From assembly GCA_964505835.1 (NCBI GenBank), contig CAZDJY010000001.1, forward strand, positions 1-52,651: DNA of 52,651 nucleotides, given 5' to 3'. Below the pieces are notes generated by a model that was not told the origin of the DNA, made no database searches, and saw only the letters and a list, made by a program, of their open reading frames with translations. The position numbers and the translations under genes are program-made. Shown here one piece after another: positions 25,085-35,651 of this stretch; position 1 is the first letter of the stretch; each line of letters begins with the position of its first letter. The stretch is from an uncultured Zetaproteobacteria bacterium (GTDB lineage Bacteria > Pseudomonadota > Zetaproteobacteria > Mariprofundales > Mariprofundaceae).

Positions 25085-25876
25085 ATGAGTCATTCAAACA
25101 GCGAACCCACGACCCCGAAACAGGAGGATGGCGGCAACGTCACCCATTTCGGCTATCAGAATGTCAGCGGCAGCGAGAAGGTGCAGCGCGTGATGGGGGT
25201 GTTCTCATCCGTGGCCAGTCAGTATGATGTGATGAACGATCTGATGAGCGGCGGCATGCACAGGTTGTGGAAGCGCACGATGTTTGCCCGCGCCGCTATC
25301 GGAGCGGGAAGTCGGGTACTCGATGTGGCGGCTGGTTCCGGCGATGTGGCTATCGGTCTGGCCAGGAAGATGGGGCCGTCCGGACGCGTCGTGCTGACGG
25401 ATCTGAATGGCCCGATGCTGGCCGAGGGAGCGCGGCGTGTGATTGACGCGGGACTGTTGCCCGGTCGTGCTGACTGTATTCAGTCCGACGGTACGCGCCT
25501 GGCCTTCGCCGACAACAGCTTCGATTGCGTTACCATTGCCTTCGGTATTCGTAATTTTCTTGATATCGAGGCAGGACTGGCCGAGTTTTACCGCGTACTC
25601 AAGCCCGGCGGCCAGTTCATGTGCCTGGAGTTTTCTCGTCCGGTCTTGCCGGGACTGGATGTGATTTACGATGCCTATTCATTTAATATCATCCCGCTGC
25701 TCGGTGAGAAGGTGACCGGCGATCGCGACTCCTATCAGTATCTGGTCGAGTCGATCCGCCGTTTCCCCGATCAGCAGCGCTTCGCCAAACTGATTTGCGG
25801 TGCCGGCTTCGATCTGGTGAAGCACGAGAACATGACCGGAGGCATCGTCGCTCTGCATCGGGGATACAAGGTATGA
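25085..25876 (+). CDS. ubiE: Demethylmenaquinone / ubiquinone C-methyltransferase
   Basis: FGYQNV...VFSSVASQYDVMNDLMSGGMHRLWK and SAM motif VLDVAAGSGD. ubiE-ubiJ-ubiB gene order. Confidence 0.9.
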   Translation: MSHSNSEPTTPKQEDGGNVTHFGYQNVSGSEKVQRVMGVFSSVASQYDVMNDLMSGGMHRLWKRTMFARAAIGAGSRVLDVAAGSGDVAIGLARKMGPSGRVVLTDLNGPMLAEGARRVIDAGLLPGRADCIQSDGTRLAFADNSFDCVTIAFGIRNFLDIEAGLAEFYRVLKPGGQFMCLEFSRPVLPGLDVIYDAYSFNIIPLLGEKVTGDRDSYQYLVESIRRFPDQQRFAKLICGAGFDLVKHENMTGGIVALHRGYKV

Positions 25877-25931
25877 TGGCTCACAGTGTTTTGCGTCCGG
25901 GCGCGAGGGTCGTGGTTTGAGTATCTTCTTT

Positions 25932-26567
25932 ATGCCGCTCAGGTTGATTCCGGTGCCGGTACAATGCGTGGTCATGACCACTGTGCTGGAGCTGGTGTTC
26001 GCCCGCGATGAAAACCTGAAACCGTTCATTGCCGATCTGGAAGGCAGGGTGTTCCGTATCCATGTGCGTGATACCGGCGCAGTGATGTTTCTCGGCTTTA
26101 CGCGCGGCAAGCCCTGGGTGCATGCATCGCACGATGGCGAGGCCGACGTGCGCATGAATGCGACGACGGCTGGCTTTGCGCGCATGTGCTTCGGTCATGA
26201 GGATCCGGATGATCTGGTGTTTCAGCAGGTGCTACAGTTGTCCGGTGATTCGGATGCGATGCTGCGTTTTAAGAAGTTATTTGCCGCTGCCGATCTGGAT
26301 TGGGAGCGAGAGCTGCGTGCCTCATTTGGCGATTTCTTCGGCACGCGCGTGGCCAGGGCCGCGCATCTTCTGGTCGAGACCGAACAGAAGATGGCCGCAA
26401 GTTCGCGCAAGATGGTTCAGGAAGGGCTAAGTGGCATGGATCTGCCGGACGGCGAACGCCTGCAGAACTGGCAGGCCGGTGTGGAACAGTTGTCGCACAA
26501 GATCAGCCGCATCAAGGGCCGTGTCACACGGCTGGAACACAAGCTCGAAAAACGGACCGGGGATTAG
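25932..26567 (+). CDS. ubiJ: Ubiquinone biosynthesis accessory factor UbiJ (SCP2 domain)
   Basis: SCP2-like N-terminal half and a coiled C-terminus (ISRIKGRVTRLEHKLEK). Lies between ubiE and ubiB. Start is TTG 25917 or ATG 25932. Confidence 0.7.
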   Translation: MPLRLIPVPVQCVVMTTVLELVFARDENLKPFIADLEGRVFRIHVRDTGAVMFLGFTRGKPWVHASHDGEADVRMNATTAGFARMCFGHEDPDDLVFQQVLQLSGDSDAMLRFKKLFAAADLDWERELRASFGDFFGTRVARAAHLLVETEQKMAASSRKMVQEGLSGMDLPDGERLQNWQAGVEQLSHKISRIKGRVTRLEHKLEKRTGD

Positions 26568-26576
26568 AACTCCACA

Positions 26577-28187
26577 ATGACGATGCCGGCCAGCTGGAGT
26601 CGCAATCTGCGCTTGTTGCGCATTGCGCATATCCTTGCCACACACGGTATGGCGGCGCTTGCAGTGCGCATGAGGCTGTTCGGTTATCCCTATGTCTGGA
26701 TGGTGCAGTTGTTACGCGGCGACGATCTGCCCAAGGATCTCGGCGCCCAGATTCGTTTGGCCCTGGAGAAGCTCGGTCCGACCTTCATTAAATTCGGGCA
26801 GATGTTGTCCACGCGTGTCGATCTGTTGCCGCTGGACGTGGCCATGGAGCTGAAAAAGCTGCAGGATCATGTGCCGGCCGAACCTTTTGCGCGTGTGCAG
26901 CGGGTGGTGGAGGCGGCTTTCAAGCAGTCGCTCATCGGCCCGGACGGCCTGTTCCGAAGCTTTGACGAAACGCCGGTGGCAGCGGCCTCGATCGCCCAGG
27001 TGCATTTCGCTGTCCTCAATGACGGGCGTCAGGTGGCGGTCAAGGTTCGTCGTGATCATATCAAGCGCACCATCGAGGCCGATCTCGCTATTCTGAAGCT
27101 GCTGGCCGGGTTATTCGATCGCTACCTGCCCGAATACCGGCGGCTGAAAGCCCCGGCCGTGGTCGAGGAGTTTGCCGGCACCATACGCGGTGAGCTGAAT
27201 CTCAGAGCCGAGGCCGCGCATGCCAGCCGCTTTGCCGAGAACTTTACCGATGTCGAGGGCGTTCGGGTTCCCAATGTGTTGTGGGATTATACGCATACCG
27301 AGGTTTTGACCACCGAGCGTATCTCCGGCCTGCCGATCGACGAGAAGGCGGAGTTGCAGGCTGCCGGGCACGATTGCCTGAGTCTGTGCGAGCGGGCGGC
27401 CACGCTGTTTTTCCATATGGTCTTTGTGGACGGCTATTTCCACGCCGATATGCATCCGGGCAATATCTTTGTGGCAGCTAACGGCGATATTGTGCTGGTC
27501 GATTTTGGCATTGTCGGTCGTCTGGATATGAAATCGCGCCGTTATCTGGCTGACATGATGCTGGCTTTTCTGCAGGAGAATTATGAGCGCGCTGCCGAGG
27601 TGCATGTTGAGGCCGGTTACGTGCCGCCCGATACCGACATTTCGGCCTTTCAGGATGCGCTGCGCGAAATTGCTATGCCGATCTTCAATCGCCCGCTCGG
27701 GGAGATTTCCGTGGCCGAGCTGTTGTTCTGTATGTTCGCGGTAACCGAACGTTTTCAGATGGAGACCCAGCCGCAACTGCTGCTATTGCAGAAAACCATG
27801 GTCGTGATTGAAGGTGTGGCCCGGGAACTTTCCGATCAGGCCAACATCTGGATGCTGGCCCGCCCATTGGTGAGTGAGTGGACGGCCCGGCATATGGGGC
27901 CGATCGGTCGCGTCGAGGCGGTCGGGGAAGAAGTACACGGCCAGTTGCGGCGATGGATGGCCTTGCCTGAGCGCATCGAATCGGTACTCGGCGATATCGA
28001 GAATGGCCGTGTATCTATGTCGCCCGAATCTATCGGGATGGCTCCGGTATTTGGCGGATTGTTGCTTTCCGCTGCCGCAGCGGCGCTTGCCTGGGCCTTG
28101 ACTGCGGGGGGCTCCTCCATTTGGAGCATCAGCGGAGCCGCGGCGGGCATGGGTCTGGGGTTATCGATGCTGCTGGCGCGCCGCTAG
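26577..28187 (+). CDS. ubiB: Ubiquinone biosynthesis regulatory kinase-like protein UbiB (ABC1/AarF family)
   Basis: LGPTFIKFGQMLSTRVDLLP, AAASIAQVH, HADMHPGNIFV, DFGIVG and C-terminal TM helices. Confidence 0.9.
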   Translation: MTMPASWSRNLRLLRIAHILATHGMAALAVRMRLFGYPYVWMVQLLRGDDLPKDLGAQIRLALEKLGPTFIKFGQMLSTRVDLLPLDVAMELKKLQDHVPAEPFARVQRVVEAAFKQSLIGPDGLFRSFDETPVAAASIAQVHFAVLNDGRQVAVKVRRDHIKRTIEADLAILKLLAGLFDRYLPEYRRLKAPAVVEEFAGTIRGELNLRAEAAHASRFAENFTDVEGVRVPNVLWDYTHTEVLTTERISGLPIDEKAELQAAGHDCLSLCERAATLFFHMVFVDGYFHADMHPGNIFVAANGDIVLVDFGIVGRLDMKSRRYLADMMLAFLQENYERAAEVHVEAGYVPPDTDISAFQDALREIAMPIFNRPLGEISVAELLFCMFAVTERFQMETQPQLLLLQKTMVVIEGVARELSDQANIWMLARPLVSEWTARHMGPIGRVEAVGEEVHGQLRRWMALPERIESVLGDIENGRVSMSPESIGMAPVFGGLLLSAAAAALAWALTAGGSSIWSISGAAAGMGLGLSMLLARR

Positions 28188-28329
28188 ACACAGGCTCGTG
28201 CTGCGGCTTGGTTGCGACTGCACTTTAGGTTAGTGTGCGCCGCCTTTTTGAGTTTGTAGCACAGTAGAATATTCATCCCAATGTATGCATACCCTATTAT
28301 ATTCAAGCGGCGGGAGTAGCGAGGAATCG

Positions 28330-29496
28330 ATGAGCAGAGATTTTGTTTTCACATCCGAGTCTGTATCTGAAGGGCACCCTGACAAGGTCGCCGATCGCAT
28401 CTCCGATGGCGTGCTGGACGCGATTCTGGAGCAGGATAAGTACGGTCGTGTGGCTTGTGAGACGATGGTGACAACGGGCATGGCCCTGATCGCAGGTGAG
28501 ATTACGACCTCAGCCGTGCTCGATTATCAGGACATAGTGCGCAGCGCGATTAAGGAAATCGGATATAATTCATCGGCCATGGGCTTCGACTGGAAATCCT
28601 GTGCGGTTCTCGTTTCGCTGGATAAGCAGTCCGTGGATATTGCCCAGGGTGTGAACGAGGGTGAGGGTATTGATCTGGATCAGGGTGCCGGTGATCAGGG
28701 CTTGATGTTCGGCTATGCTTCGAATGAAACCGATGTGTTGATGCCGACCCCGATTCATTTGTCGCATCAGTTGGTTGAAAAACAGGCCGCCGTGCGTAAA
28801 TCCGGCGCGCTCAATTTCCTGCGACCCGATGCGAAATCGCAGGTGACCGTGCGTTACGAAAAAGGCAAGCCTGTGGCCATTGATGCGGTGGTGTTGTCGA
28901 CTCAGCACAATCCGGATGTTGAGCATCAGGCCCTGATCGATGCGGTTATGGATGAGGTGATCAAGCCGATTCTTGATCCGACGGGCCTGTTGCATGCCGA
29001 GACTGAATATCACATTAATCCGACCGGTCGTTTTGTGATCGGTGGGCCGGTGGGTGATTGCGGCGTTACCGGGCGCAAGATTATCGTCGACACCTACGGC
29101 GGCTTTGGTCATCACGGCGGCGGCGCGTTTTCGGGCAAAGATCCGACGAAGGTGGACCGTTCAGCCTGTTATATGATGCGTTACGTCGCCAAGAATATCG
29201 TGGCGGCCGGTCTGGCCGAACGTTGCGAAGTGCAGGTGGCCTACGCGATTGGTGTGGCGCGCCCATTGTCGGTGATGGTTAACACCTTTGGCACGGGCAA
29301 GGTGGATGAAGCGAAGTTGGCCGATGCGGTTCGCGAGGTCTTCGATTTGCGTCCCAAGGGCATTGTGCAGCAGTTGGATCTGTTGCGTCCGATTTACACT
29401 AAAACTTCAGCCTACGGCCACTTTGGCCGCGAACTTCCTGAATTCACCTGGGAGCGCACTGACAAGGCTGAGGCGCTGAAGGCCGCTCTGAGCTGA
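28330..29496 (+). CDS. metK: S-adenosylmethionine synthase
   Basis: [44 protein letters not shown]. Start trimmed to MSRDF (28330). Confidence 0.95.
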   Translation: MSRDFVFTSESVSEGHPDKVADRISDGVLDAILEQDKYGRVACETMVTTGMALIAGEITTSAVLDYQDIVRSAIKEIGYNSSAMGFDWKSCAVLVSLDKQSVDIAQGVNEGEGIDLDQGAGDQGLMFGYASNETDVLMPTPIHLSHQLVEKQAAVRKSGALNFLRPDAKSQVTVRYEKGKPVAIDAVVLSTQHNPDVEHQALIDAVMDEVIKPILDPTGLLHAETEYHINPTGRFVIGGPVGDCGVTGRKIIVDTYGGFGHHGGGAFSGKDPTKVDRSACYMMRYVAKNIVAAGLAERCEVQVAYAIGVARPLSVMVNTFGTGKVDEAKLADAVREVFDLRPKGIVQQLDLLRPIYTKTSAYGHFGRELPEFTWERTDKAEALKAALS

Positions 29497-29521
29497 ATCT
29501 GACTTAAGCTGATTTTTTTCT

Positions 29522-29583
29522 GCCGAGGGGCGCTGCAACCGAAAGGTCAGGCTCGGCACCTATACCTGTTTCAACGGCGCCCG
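29522..29583 (+). promoter_or_regulatory. SAH (S-adenosylhomocysteine) riboswitch aptamer upstream of ahcY
   Basis: GCCGAGGGGCGCUGCAACC-GAAA-GGUCAGGCUCGGC...CAACGGCGCCC matches the remembered SAH_riboswitch core (CCGAGGrGCGcUGCrAC ... CAGGCUCGG ... AACGGCGCyC). P1 is CCGAG/CUCGG, P2 is ACC-GAAA-GGU, and the pseudoknot is GGCGC/GCGCC. A CGTTTATT...AATAAACG hairpin abuts the GGAGG SD. Confidence 0.8.
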
Positions 29584-29625
29584 TTTATTGTGTATGCATT
29601 GCACATGGAATAAACGGAGGTTGAA

Positions 29626-31038
29626 ATGAGTGCTGTAGAACAATCCAATAATGAATCCATCGTTGCCGATATGTCGCTGGCCGACTGGGGGCGCAAGGAA
29701 CTGCGTATCGCGGAGACGGAGATGCCTGGCCTGATGGCAATTCGCAAGAAGTATGCTGATGAGCAGCCGCTCAAGGGCGCGCGTATCGCAGGTTCCCTAC
29801 ATATGACCATCCAGACTGGCGTTTTGATTGAAACGCTGACTGCGCTGGGGGCGGAGGTGCGTTGGGCCTCCTGCAATATCTTTTCCACACAGGATCACGC
29901 CGCTGCGGCTATTGCTGCCGAGGACGTGCCGGTGTTCGCATTCAAGGGCGAGAGCCTGGATGAGTACTGGGAGTTTTCTCACCGCATCATGGAGTGGCAC
30001 GATGGCGGCACGCCGAACATGATTCTTGATGATGGCGGCGATGCGACATTGCTGGTGATTCTGGGATCTAAGGCGGAGCAGGATTTGTCCGTGCTCGACA
30101 ATCCGACCAGTGAGGAAGAAGTGGCACTGTTTAATGCTATTCGCAACAAGCTGGCCGAAAACCCGACCTGGTATTCCGAACGTAAGGCTGCAATCAAGGG
30201 TGTGACCGAAGAAACGACCACGGGTGTGCATCGTTTGTATCAGATGCAGGAGAAGGGTGAGTTGCCGTTCCCTGCAATTAATGTGAATGATTCGGTGACC
30301 AAGTCCAAGTTTGACAATCTCTACGGTTGCCGTGAATCCCTGCTCGACGGCATCAAGCGTGCGACCGATGTGATGGTGGCCGGTAAAATCTGCGTGGTGC
30401 TCGGCTATGGTGATGTCGGCAAGGGTTGCGCACAGGCATTCAAGGGCATGGGGGCGACCGTATGGGTGACTGAAATCGATCCGATCTGCGCACTGCAGGC
30501 TGCGATGGAAGGTTATCGCGTGGTGAATATGGATGAGGCCTGCAAGCTGGGTAATATCTTCGTGACCACGACGGGTAACTATCATGTCATTACGCATGAC
30601 CATATGGTCGCCATGCCGGATGAGGCGATTGTCTGCAATATCGGTCATTTCGATAACGAGATTGATTGCGCAAGTCTCAAGCAGTACGAATGGGAAAATG
30701 TTAAACCGCAGGTCGATCAGATTATCTTCCCGGATGGCAAGCGCATGACGCTGCTGGCTGAAGGCCGTTTGGTAAATCTCGGTTGTGCTACAGGTCATCC
30801 GAGCTTTGTGATGTCCAACTCATTTTCCAACCAGACTCTGGCCCAGATCGAGCTGTTCAATCAGACCGGTCAGTACAAGAATGAGGTCTATACCCTGCCC
30901 AAGAAGCTGGATGAGGAAGTGGCCCGTCTGCACTTGGCCAAGATTGGCGTGCAGTTGACCGAGCTTTCAAAAGAGCAGGCCGACTATATCGGTGTGCCAG
31001 TCGCGGGCCCGTACAAGCCGAACCATTACCGTTATTGA
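29626..31038 (+). CDS. ahcY: Adenosylhomocysteinase
   Basis: [26 protein letters not shown] site GYGDVGKG, and a C-terminal ...YKPNHYRY. Confidence 0.95.
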   Translation: MSAVEQSNNESIVADMSLADWGRKELRIAETEMPGLMAIRKKYADEQPLKGARIAGSLHMTIQTGVLIETLTALGAEVRWASCNIFSTQDHAAAAIAAEDVPVFAFKGESLDEYWEFSHRIMEWHDGGTPNMILDDGGDATLLVILGSKAEQDLSVLDNPTSEEEVALFNAIRNKLAENPTWYSERKAAIKGVTEETTTGVHRLYQMQEKGELPFPAINVNDSVTKSKFDNLYGCRESLLDGIKRATDVMVAGKICVVLGYGDVGKGCAQAFKGMGATVWVTEIDPICALQAAMEGYRVVNMDEACKLGNIFVTTTGNYHVITHDHMVAMPDEAIVCNIGHFDNEIDCASLKQYEWENVKPQVDQIIFPDGKRMTLLAEGRLVNLGCATGHPSFVMSNSFSNQTLAQIELFNQTGQYKNEVYTLPKKLDEEVARLHLAKIGVQLTELSKEQADYIGVPVAGPYKPNHYRY

Positions 31039-31301
31039 TGCGGACGGTATTTCTGTTGATGGCATGTGCTCTGGCAGCCCCGTGCTGGGCTGCCGGAGGC
31101 TTGTCCATCGATGCTGGCTTTGATTTAACCGGCGATGGCATCGTCGATGCCGCAGACTGGGCGGTGATGAGCGAGGCGCAGAAGGCGGCCTATGCCTATG
31201 CCTCGGTGCGCGGTCTGGGGGAGGACCCGTATGGCTTTGTCGAGGGGCGGGTCAGCCGCGGCGACAGGTATCTTCAGGGCTTGCGTTCGGTGTATGAATA
31301 G
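31035..31301 (+). CDS. Small exported protein with a dockerin/EF-hand-like Asp-rich loop
   Basis: Signal peptide [19 protein letters not shown] and loop [16 protein letters not shown] overlap with the ahcY stop. Confidence 0.45.
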   Translation: MMRTVFLLMACALAAPCWAAGGLSIDAGFDLTGDGIVDAADWAVMSEAQKAAYAYASVRGLGEDPYGFVEGRVSRGDRYLQGLRSVYE

Positions 31302-31337
31302 ACCCGACAGCATGTCCTGCATGAATGAAATTTCATG

Positions 31338-31366
31338 TTGAAAAGAGGGGTCGCTGCTGCTAAAGT
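31338..31366 (+). promoter_or_regulatory. Candidate sigma70 promoter of the atp operon
   Basis: TTGAAA, a 17-nt spacer, then TAAAGT. Lies ~55 nt upstream of atpI. Confidence 0.3.
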
Positions 31367-31419
31367 GCGGCTCGTTCGATCTGAGGGGGAGGAGCTCTTC
31401 GCATTTGAGCAGTGCTCAT

Positions 31420-31830
31420 ATGACTGAGTCACCGCATCTTTCCGATGGTTTGCGCAATCAGGTCGGCAGCTCGTATATGGCTTCTGGCTTCATGCTTAAG
31501 CAGTTGATTGTCGGGCTTGTGGCTACCTCTGGCTGTGCCCTGTTTGCAGGTCCCATGGCTGGTGTGGCGGTTCTGTTTGGTGTCTTGCTGATGGTTGGCA
31601 ATGCAGTCTGGCTGGATCGCCGTTTGATTGCCACTCAGGGATTGAATGAAGAGGTGGGCCAGCAGTCCATATATAAGGGCGCGGCACTACGCTTCGCAGG
31701 CCTGCTGATGGGCCTGTTGATTGCCGGCGTGGCAGGCTTGCATTTGCTGTTCGTGGCGCTGGGCATGTTTGTAGCACAAGCTGTGTTGTTCTTCGCTGCC
31801 TTGCAGCGCTTTGGCACAGACAAAACCTAA
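31420..31830 (+). CDS. atpI: ATP synthase protein I
   Basis: Small four-helix hydrophobic protein directly upstream of atpB. Start is TTG 31405 or ATG 31420. Confidence 0.6.
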   Translation: MTESPHLSDGLRNQVGSSYMASGFMLKQLIVGLVATSGCALFAGPMAGVAVLFGVLLMVGNAVWLDRRLIATQGLNEEVGQQSIYKGAALRFAGLLMGLLIAGVAGLHLLFVALGMFVAQAVLFFAALQRFGTDKT

Positions 31831-31841
31831 GGGAGTCGGAA

Positions 31842-32711
31842 TTGGCGGAGCAGGGACAAAGCGGCGGCATTGCAGAACACTTGCAGTATTGGTCGTACTC
31901 GTTCGATGATTCAAATCCTTTTATGCAGATCCATCTCGACACGATGTTGTTGACGTTGGGTATTGCAACCGGCCTTATTCTTTTCGCTCTGTCCGTTCGT
32001 TCCAAGCTGGTGGCAGGTGCCCCAACTGGCATCCAGAATTTCATGGAATCGGTGATCGATTTCATTAACCAGACCGTCAAGGATAATTTCCCGGTCCACA
32101 ATCCGCTGATTGCTCCTCTGGCCATGACAATCTTTGTCTTTATTTTACTGTGTAATACACTTGATATCCTGCCTGCCTATCTGATGCACCATGTGGCTGA
32201 TATGTTCGGTCTGGAGCACTTCCGGCAGGTGCCAACCAACGATTTAAATCTGCCAGTGGCTATGGCGGTGTCTGTCTTTATCCTTGTGCTTTACTATGAG
32301 TTTAAGCTCAAACCTGCGCATTTCCTCAAAGAGCTTCTTTTACAGCCGTTTGCCGCCCTGTTGCTCGATTCGAAGAATCCGGTCGTCAAGCTATTGGGCG
32401 TGATTCTTATTCCGCTTAACCTGACCTTGAAGCTGGTTGAAGAGCTGGCCAAGCCGCTCTCGCTTTCCTTCCGTCTTTTCGGCAACATGTTTGCCGGCGA
32501 GGTCATCTTCCTGCTCATCGCATCACTGCTGCTGGCCAGCAATCTGGAGAGTATGATGAGTGCCGGCGGAGTGATTTCACAGCTGATGGGTCTGGCTGTG
32601 GGCGTGGGCTGGTCACTGTTCCACATGTTCATTGGCTTACTGCAAGCCTTTATTTTCATGATTCTTTCGGTGGTGTACTTGTCCATTGCGCACCAACCGG
32701 CTGAGCATTAA
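31842..32711 (+). CDS. atpB: F0F1 ATP synthase subunit a
   Basis: Essential Arg in LSLSFRLFGNMFAGE. TTG start 6 nt after GGGAG. Confidence 0.9.
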   Translation: MAEQGQSGGIAEHLQYWSYSFDDSNPFMQIHLDTMLLTLGIATGLILFALSVRSKLVAGAPTGIQNFMESVIDFINQTVKDNFPVHNPLIAPLAMTIFVFILLCNTLDILPAYLMHHVADMFGLEHFRQVPTNDLNLPVAMAVSVFILVLYYEFKLKPAHFLKELLLQPFAALLLDSKNPVVKLLGVILIPLNLTLKLVEELAKPLSLSFRLFGNMFAGEVIFLLIASLLLASNLESMMSAGGVISQLMGLAVGVGWSLFHMFIGLLQAFIFMILSVVYLSIAHQPAEH

Positions 32712-32740
32712 TAACTAACTACACTGGATAGGAGTACAAC

Positions 32741-32995
32741 ATGGATGCAACAACGATCATTACAGCAGCATCGGCCATTTCGGTCGGCGTAATTCTGGCC
32801 GCTGCAGGCCTGGGTTCGGCGATTGGTTGGGGTCTGATCTGTTCCAAGACGCTGGAAGGCATTGCACGTCAGCCTGAGATGCGCCCACAATTGATGTTCA
32901 ATATGTTCATCTTCGCTGGTCTGATGGAGTCTTTCCCGTTCATCATCATGGCTTTCGCACTGTGGTTCCTGTTCGCTAACCCATTCCTTGGCTAA
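32741..32995 (+). CDS. atpE: F0F1 ATP synthase subunit c
   Basis: Two-helix hairpin, GIARQPE loop and a carboxylate in AGLMESFPF. Confidence 0.9.
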   Translation: MDATTIITAASAISVGVILAAAGLGSAIGWGLICSKTLEGIARQPEMRPQLMFNMFIFAGLMESFPFIIMAFALWFLFANPFLG

Positions 32996-33037
32996 GGAAC
33001 AACCGGTAAGCGAATCTAACGAAAGCGAGGGGGTCTC

Positions 33038-33520
33038 ATGAGTATTGACCTGACATTTATTGCCCAGATTATCGTCTTCATCCTGATGGTGACGGTGTTG
33101 TGGAAGCTTCTTTATGGCCCGTTGAACGATGCCATGGAGGCGCGCACAGCTAAAATCGCCGAAGGACTTGCGGCAGCGGAAGCTGGCGTCGAGGCCAAGG
33201 AAAAGGCAGCGGCTGAAATTGATGCCCAGCTGGAAGAGGCTCGTGCCAAAGCGCATGAAATCGTCTCCTCTGCTGAGCGCAGGGCAGCCGAAATCAACGA
33301 GGAAGCGATCACCAAGGCGCGCGTCGAGGCTGAACAGATTCTTGACAGTGCCCGTGAAGAAATTGGTGCAGAGGCACAGCGGGCACGTCAGTCGCTGCGT
33401 CAGGAAGTGGCCGATATCGCCATGCAGGCGGCCGAGCGTGTGGTTGATGCTGAACTGGATGCCAAGCGTCACAGCAAGTTAATTGAAGGTATTGTCGAGC
33501 AGGGATTCGGCGCAGCATGA
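33038..33520 (+). CDS. atpF: F0F1 ATP synthase subunit b
   Basis: N-terminal TM followed by a long Ala/Glu-rich helix. Operon position supports the call. Confidence 0.85.
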   Translation: MSIDLTFIAQIIVFILMVTVLWKLLYGPLNDAMEARTAKIAEGLAAAEAGVEAKEKAAAEIDAQLEEARAKAHEIVSSAERRAAEINEEAITKARVEAEQILDSAREEIGAEAQRARQSLRQEVADIAMQAAERVVDAELDAKRHSKLIEGIVEQGFGAA

Positions 33521-34038
33521 GCACGCGTTTTATTTCTCGCCGCTACGCCAAAGCTTTATTTGAGCTGATTGAAGAGGGCGCCAAGCTGCAGGATGGTCTG
33601 CATACGCTGGCTGCTGTTGCGGCTCAGGCTGATGTAGCCAGTGTGCTTCTGATCCCAACTGTGCCAGCAGCCAATAAAGCTGCGATTCTGACCAAGGCGG
33701 CAGGCAAACTGCCTAAGGAGTTGGTTAGCCTGGCGACTATGTTATGTCAGCGCGGCAAGGCATCACTGCTACCTGAGATTGCCGAGCTCGTGGACGAGCT
33801 GATTCTGCAAAGTCAGAGCGAAATCGTTGCTGATGTTACCTCAGCAACCAAGCTGGATGCTGCAACACAGAAAAAGATTGCCGACGCATTGTCAAAATCC
33901 GTGGGTCGCGATGTGCGACTGCAGATTACGCAAGACAAGGGCCTGATCGGAGGTCTGGTTGTTCAGATGGGTGATCGCCAGATTGATTGCTCGGTGCGCA
34001 ATCGACTGCATGGCCTGCGCAAGGCGATTGCGGGTTAA
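33517..34038 (+). CDS. atpH: F0F1 ATP synthase subunit delta
   Basis: RRYAKALFEL N-terminus. Operon position and ATGA overlap with atpF. Confidence 0.85.
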   Translation: MSTRFISRRYAKALFELIEEGAKLQDGLHTLAAVAAQADVASVLLIPTVPAANKAAILTKAAGKLPKELVSLATMLCQRGKASLLPEIAELVDELILQSQSEIVADVTSATKLDAATQKKIADALSKSVGRDVRLQITQDKGLIGGLVVQMGDRQIDCSVRNRLHGLRKAIAG

Positions 34039-34099
34039 CGATACAGAAAAGTAATAACGTTTCACGCGGCCTGGTCGCGTCAAATAACAGAGGTTGGAT

Positions 34100-35641
34100 A
34101 TGAAACTGGATACAGCTGAAATCAGTTCAATTATTAAAGAACAGATCAAGGGGTTTGAGTCTGCTGCGGCAGATGCCAACGTGGGCAGCATTGTTTCAGT
34201 CGCTGACGGCGTGGCCTTGCTGCACGGCCTGTCCGGGGCGATGGCTGGCGAGCTGCTGGACTTTCCAGGCGACACCCGTGGCATCGTTCTGAATCTGGAA
34301 GAGGACTGCGTTGGTGCGGTGATCTTCGGTGAATATAAACACCTTAAAGAAGGCGATGAAGTCAAATGTACAGGCAAGATCTTTGAGGTACCAGTTGGCC
34401 CTGAGCTGAAGGGTCGTGTGGTGAATCCACTGGGTGAACCGATCGACGGCAAGGGTCCGGTCAATGCCAAGGAATCCGATATGGTTGAGAAGGTTGCCCC
34501 GGGCGTGATCTGGCGCCAGAGCGTGGATCAGCCTCTGCCGACCGGTATCAAGTCTATTGATTCCATGATTCCGATTGGCCGCGGCCAGCGCGAGCTGATC
34601 ATTGGCGATCGCCAGACCGGCAAGACTGCCATTGCTCTGGATACCATTATTAACCAGAAAGATAGTGGCGTAACCTGTATCTACGTAGCTGTCGGCCAGA
34701 AAGCCTCCAGTGTAGCAACCGTAGTTCGCACCCTGAAAGAGCACGGCGCTCTGGATCATACCATTATCGTATCTGCAAGCGCTTCTGAATCGGCTGCACT
34801 TCAGTATCTGGCACCGTATTCCGGTTGCACGATGGGCGAATATTTCCGCGATCGCGGCGAAGATGCGCTGATCGTGTATGATGATCTGACCAAGCAGGCT
34901 TGGGCTTATCGTCAGGTTTCCCTGATTCTGCGACGCCCTCCGGGACGTGAAGCGTATCCGGGTGATGTTTTCTATCTGCATTCACGTCTTCTTGAACGTG
35001 CTTCGCGCGTCAACGAGGAATGGGTGAAGGAATTTACCAAGGGCAAGGTTGAAGGTCAGACCGGTTCGCTGACGGCTCTGCCGATCATCGAAACTCAGGA
35101 AGGCGATGTATCCGCATTCGTGCCGACCAATGTCATCTCCATTACTGATGGTCAGATTTTCCTTGAAACCGGCCTGTTTAACTCTGGCCAGCGTCCGGCA
35201 GTCAATGTCGGCCTGTCCGTATCCCGTGTGGGCGGTGCTGCTCAAACCAAGGCCGTGAAGAAGGTCGGCGGCGGTTTGCGTCTTGATCTGGCCCAGTATC
35301 GTGAATTGGCGGCATTTGCACAGTTTGCCTCTGATCTTGATCCGGCAACTCGCCAGCAGATTGAACGCGGTAAACGCGGCATGGAAGCATTGAAGCAATC
35401 TGAAAATGCACCGCAGAATGTTGCCGAAATGACTGCCATCCTGTTTGCTCTGAACGACGGCGGCCTGGATGATATTGATGCCGAGCGTATTGTTGATTTT
35501 GAAAAGGGTTATCTGGCGCACCTGAATTCTTCTGAGTCTGCAATGATGGATTCATTAAACGAATCAGCTGCCCTGAATGATCAGATTACCGAGGGCTTGA
35601 AGAAGGCGATTGCCGACTTTAAAGCAACCGGAACCTACTGA
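34100..35641 (+). CDS. atpA: F0F1 ATP synthase subunit alpha
   Basis: Walker [10 protein letters not shown]-terminus [16 protein letters not shown] parallels E. coli AtpA. ATG 34100 lies 6 nt after AGAGG. Confidence 0.95.
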   Translation: MKLDTAEISSIIKEQIKGFESAAADANVGSIVSVADGVALLHGLSGAMAGELLDFPGDTRGIVLNLEEDCVGAVIFGEYKHLKEGDEVKCTGKIFEVPVGPELKGRVVNPLGEPIDGKGPVNAKESDMVEKVAPGVIWRQSVDQPLPTGIKSIDSMIPIGRGQRELIIGDRQTGKTAIALDTIINQKDSGVTCIYVAVGQKASSVATVVRTLKEHGALDHTIIVSASASESAALQYLAPYSGCTMGEYFRDRGEDALIVYDDLTKQAWAYRQVSLILRRPPGREAYPGDVFYLHSRLLERASRVNEEWVKEFTKGKVEGQTGSLTALPIIETQEGDVSAFVPTNVISITDGQIFLETGLFNSGQRPAVNVGLSVSRVGGAAQTKAVKKVGGGLRLDLAQYRELAAFAQFASDLDPATRQQIERGKRGMEALKQSENAPQNVAEMTAILFALNDGGLDDIDAERIVDFEKGYLAHLNSSESAMMDSLNESAALNDQITEGLKKAIADFKATGTY

Positions 35642-35651
35642 GGAGCCTGAC

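Noticed and set aside
28282-28290. The 9-mer TGTATGCAT occurs in both the metK leader (28282-28290) and the ahcY leader (29591-29599), suggesting a shared regulator site.
   Set aside because: It is a single short match with a non-negligible chance expectation for two ~130-bp regions. It does not resemble MetJ or MetR sites I know. In the ahcY leader it lies in the loop of the expression-platform hairpin.
28188-28329. Possible SAM-type riboswitch upstream of metK (CGCCGC ... GCGGCG could close a ~55-nt element).
   Set aside because: I could not recognise conserved SAM-II, SAM-V or SAM-I core nucleotides. A 6-bp complementarity alone is insufficient.
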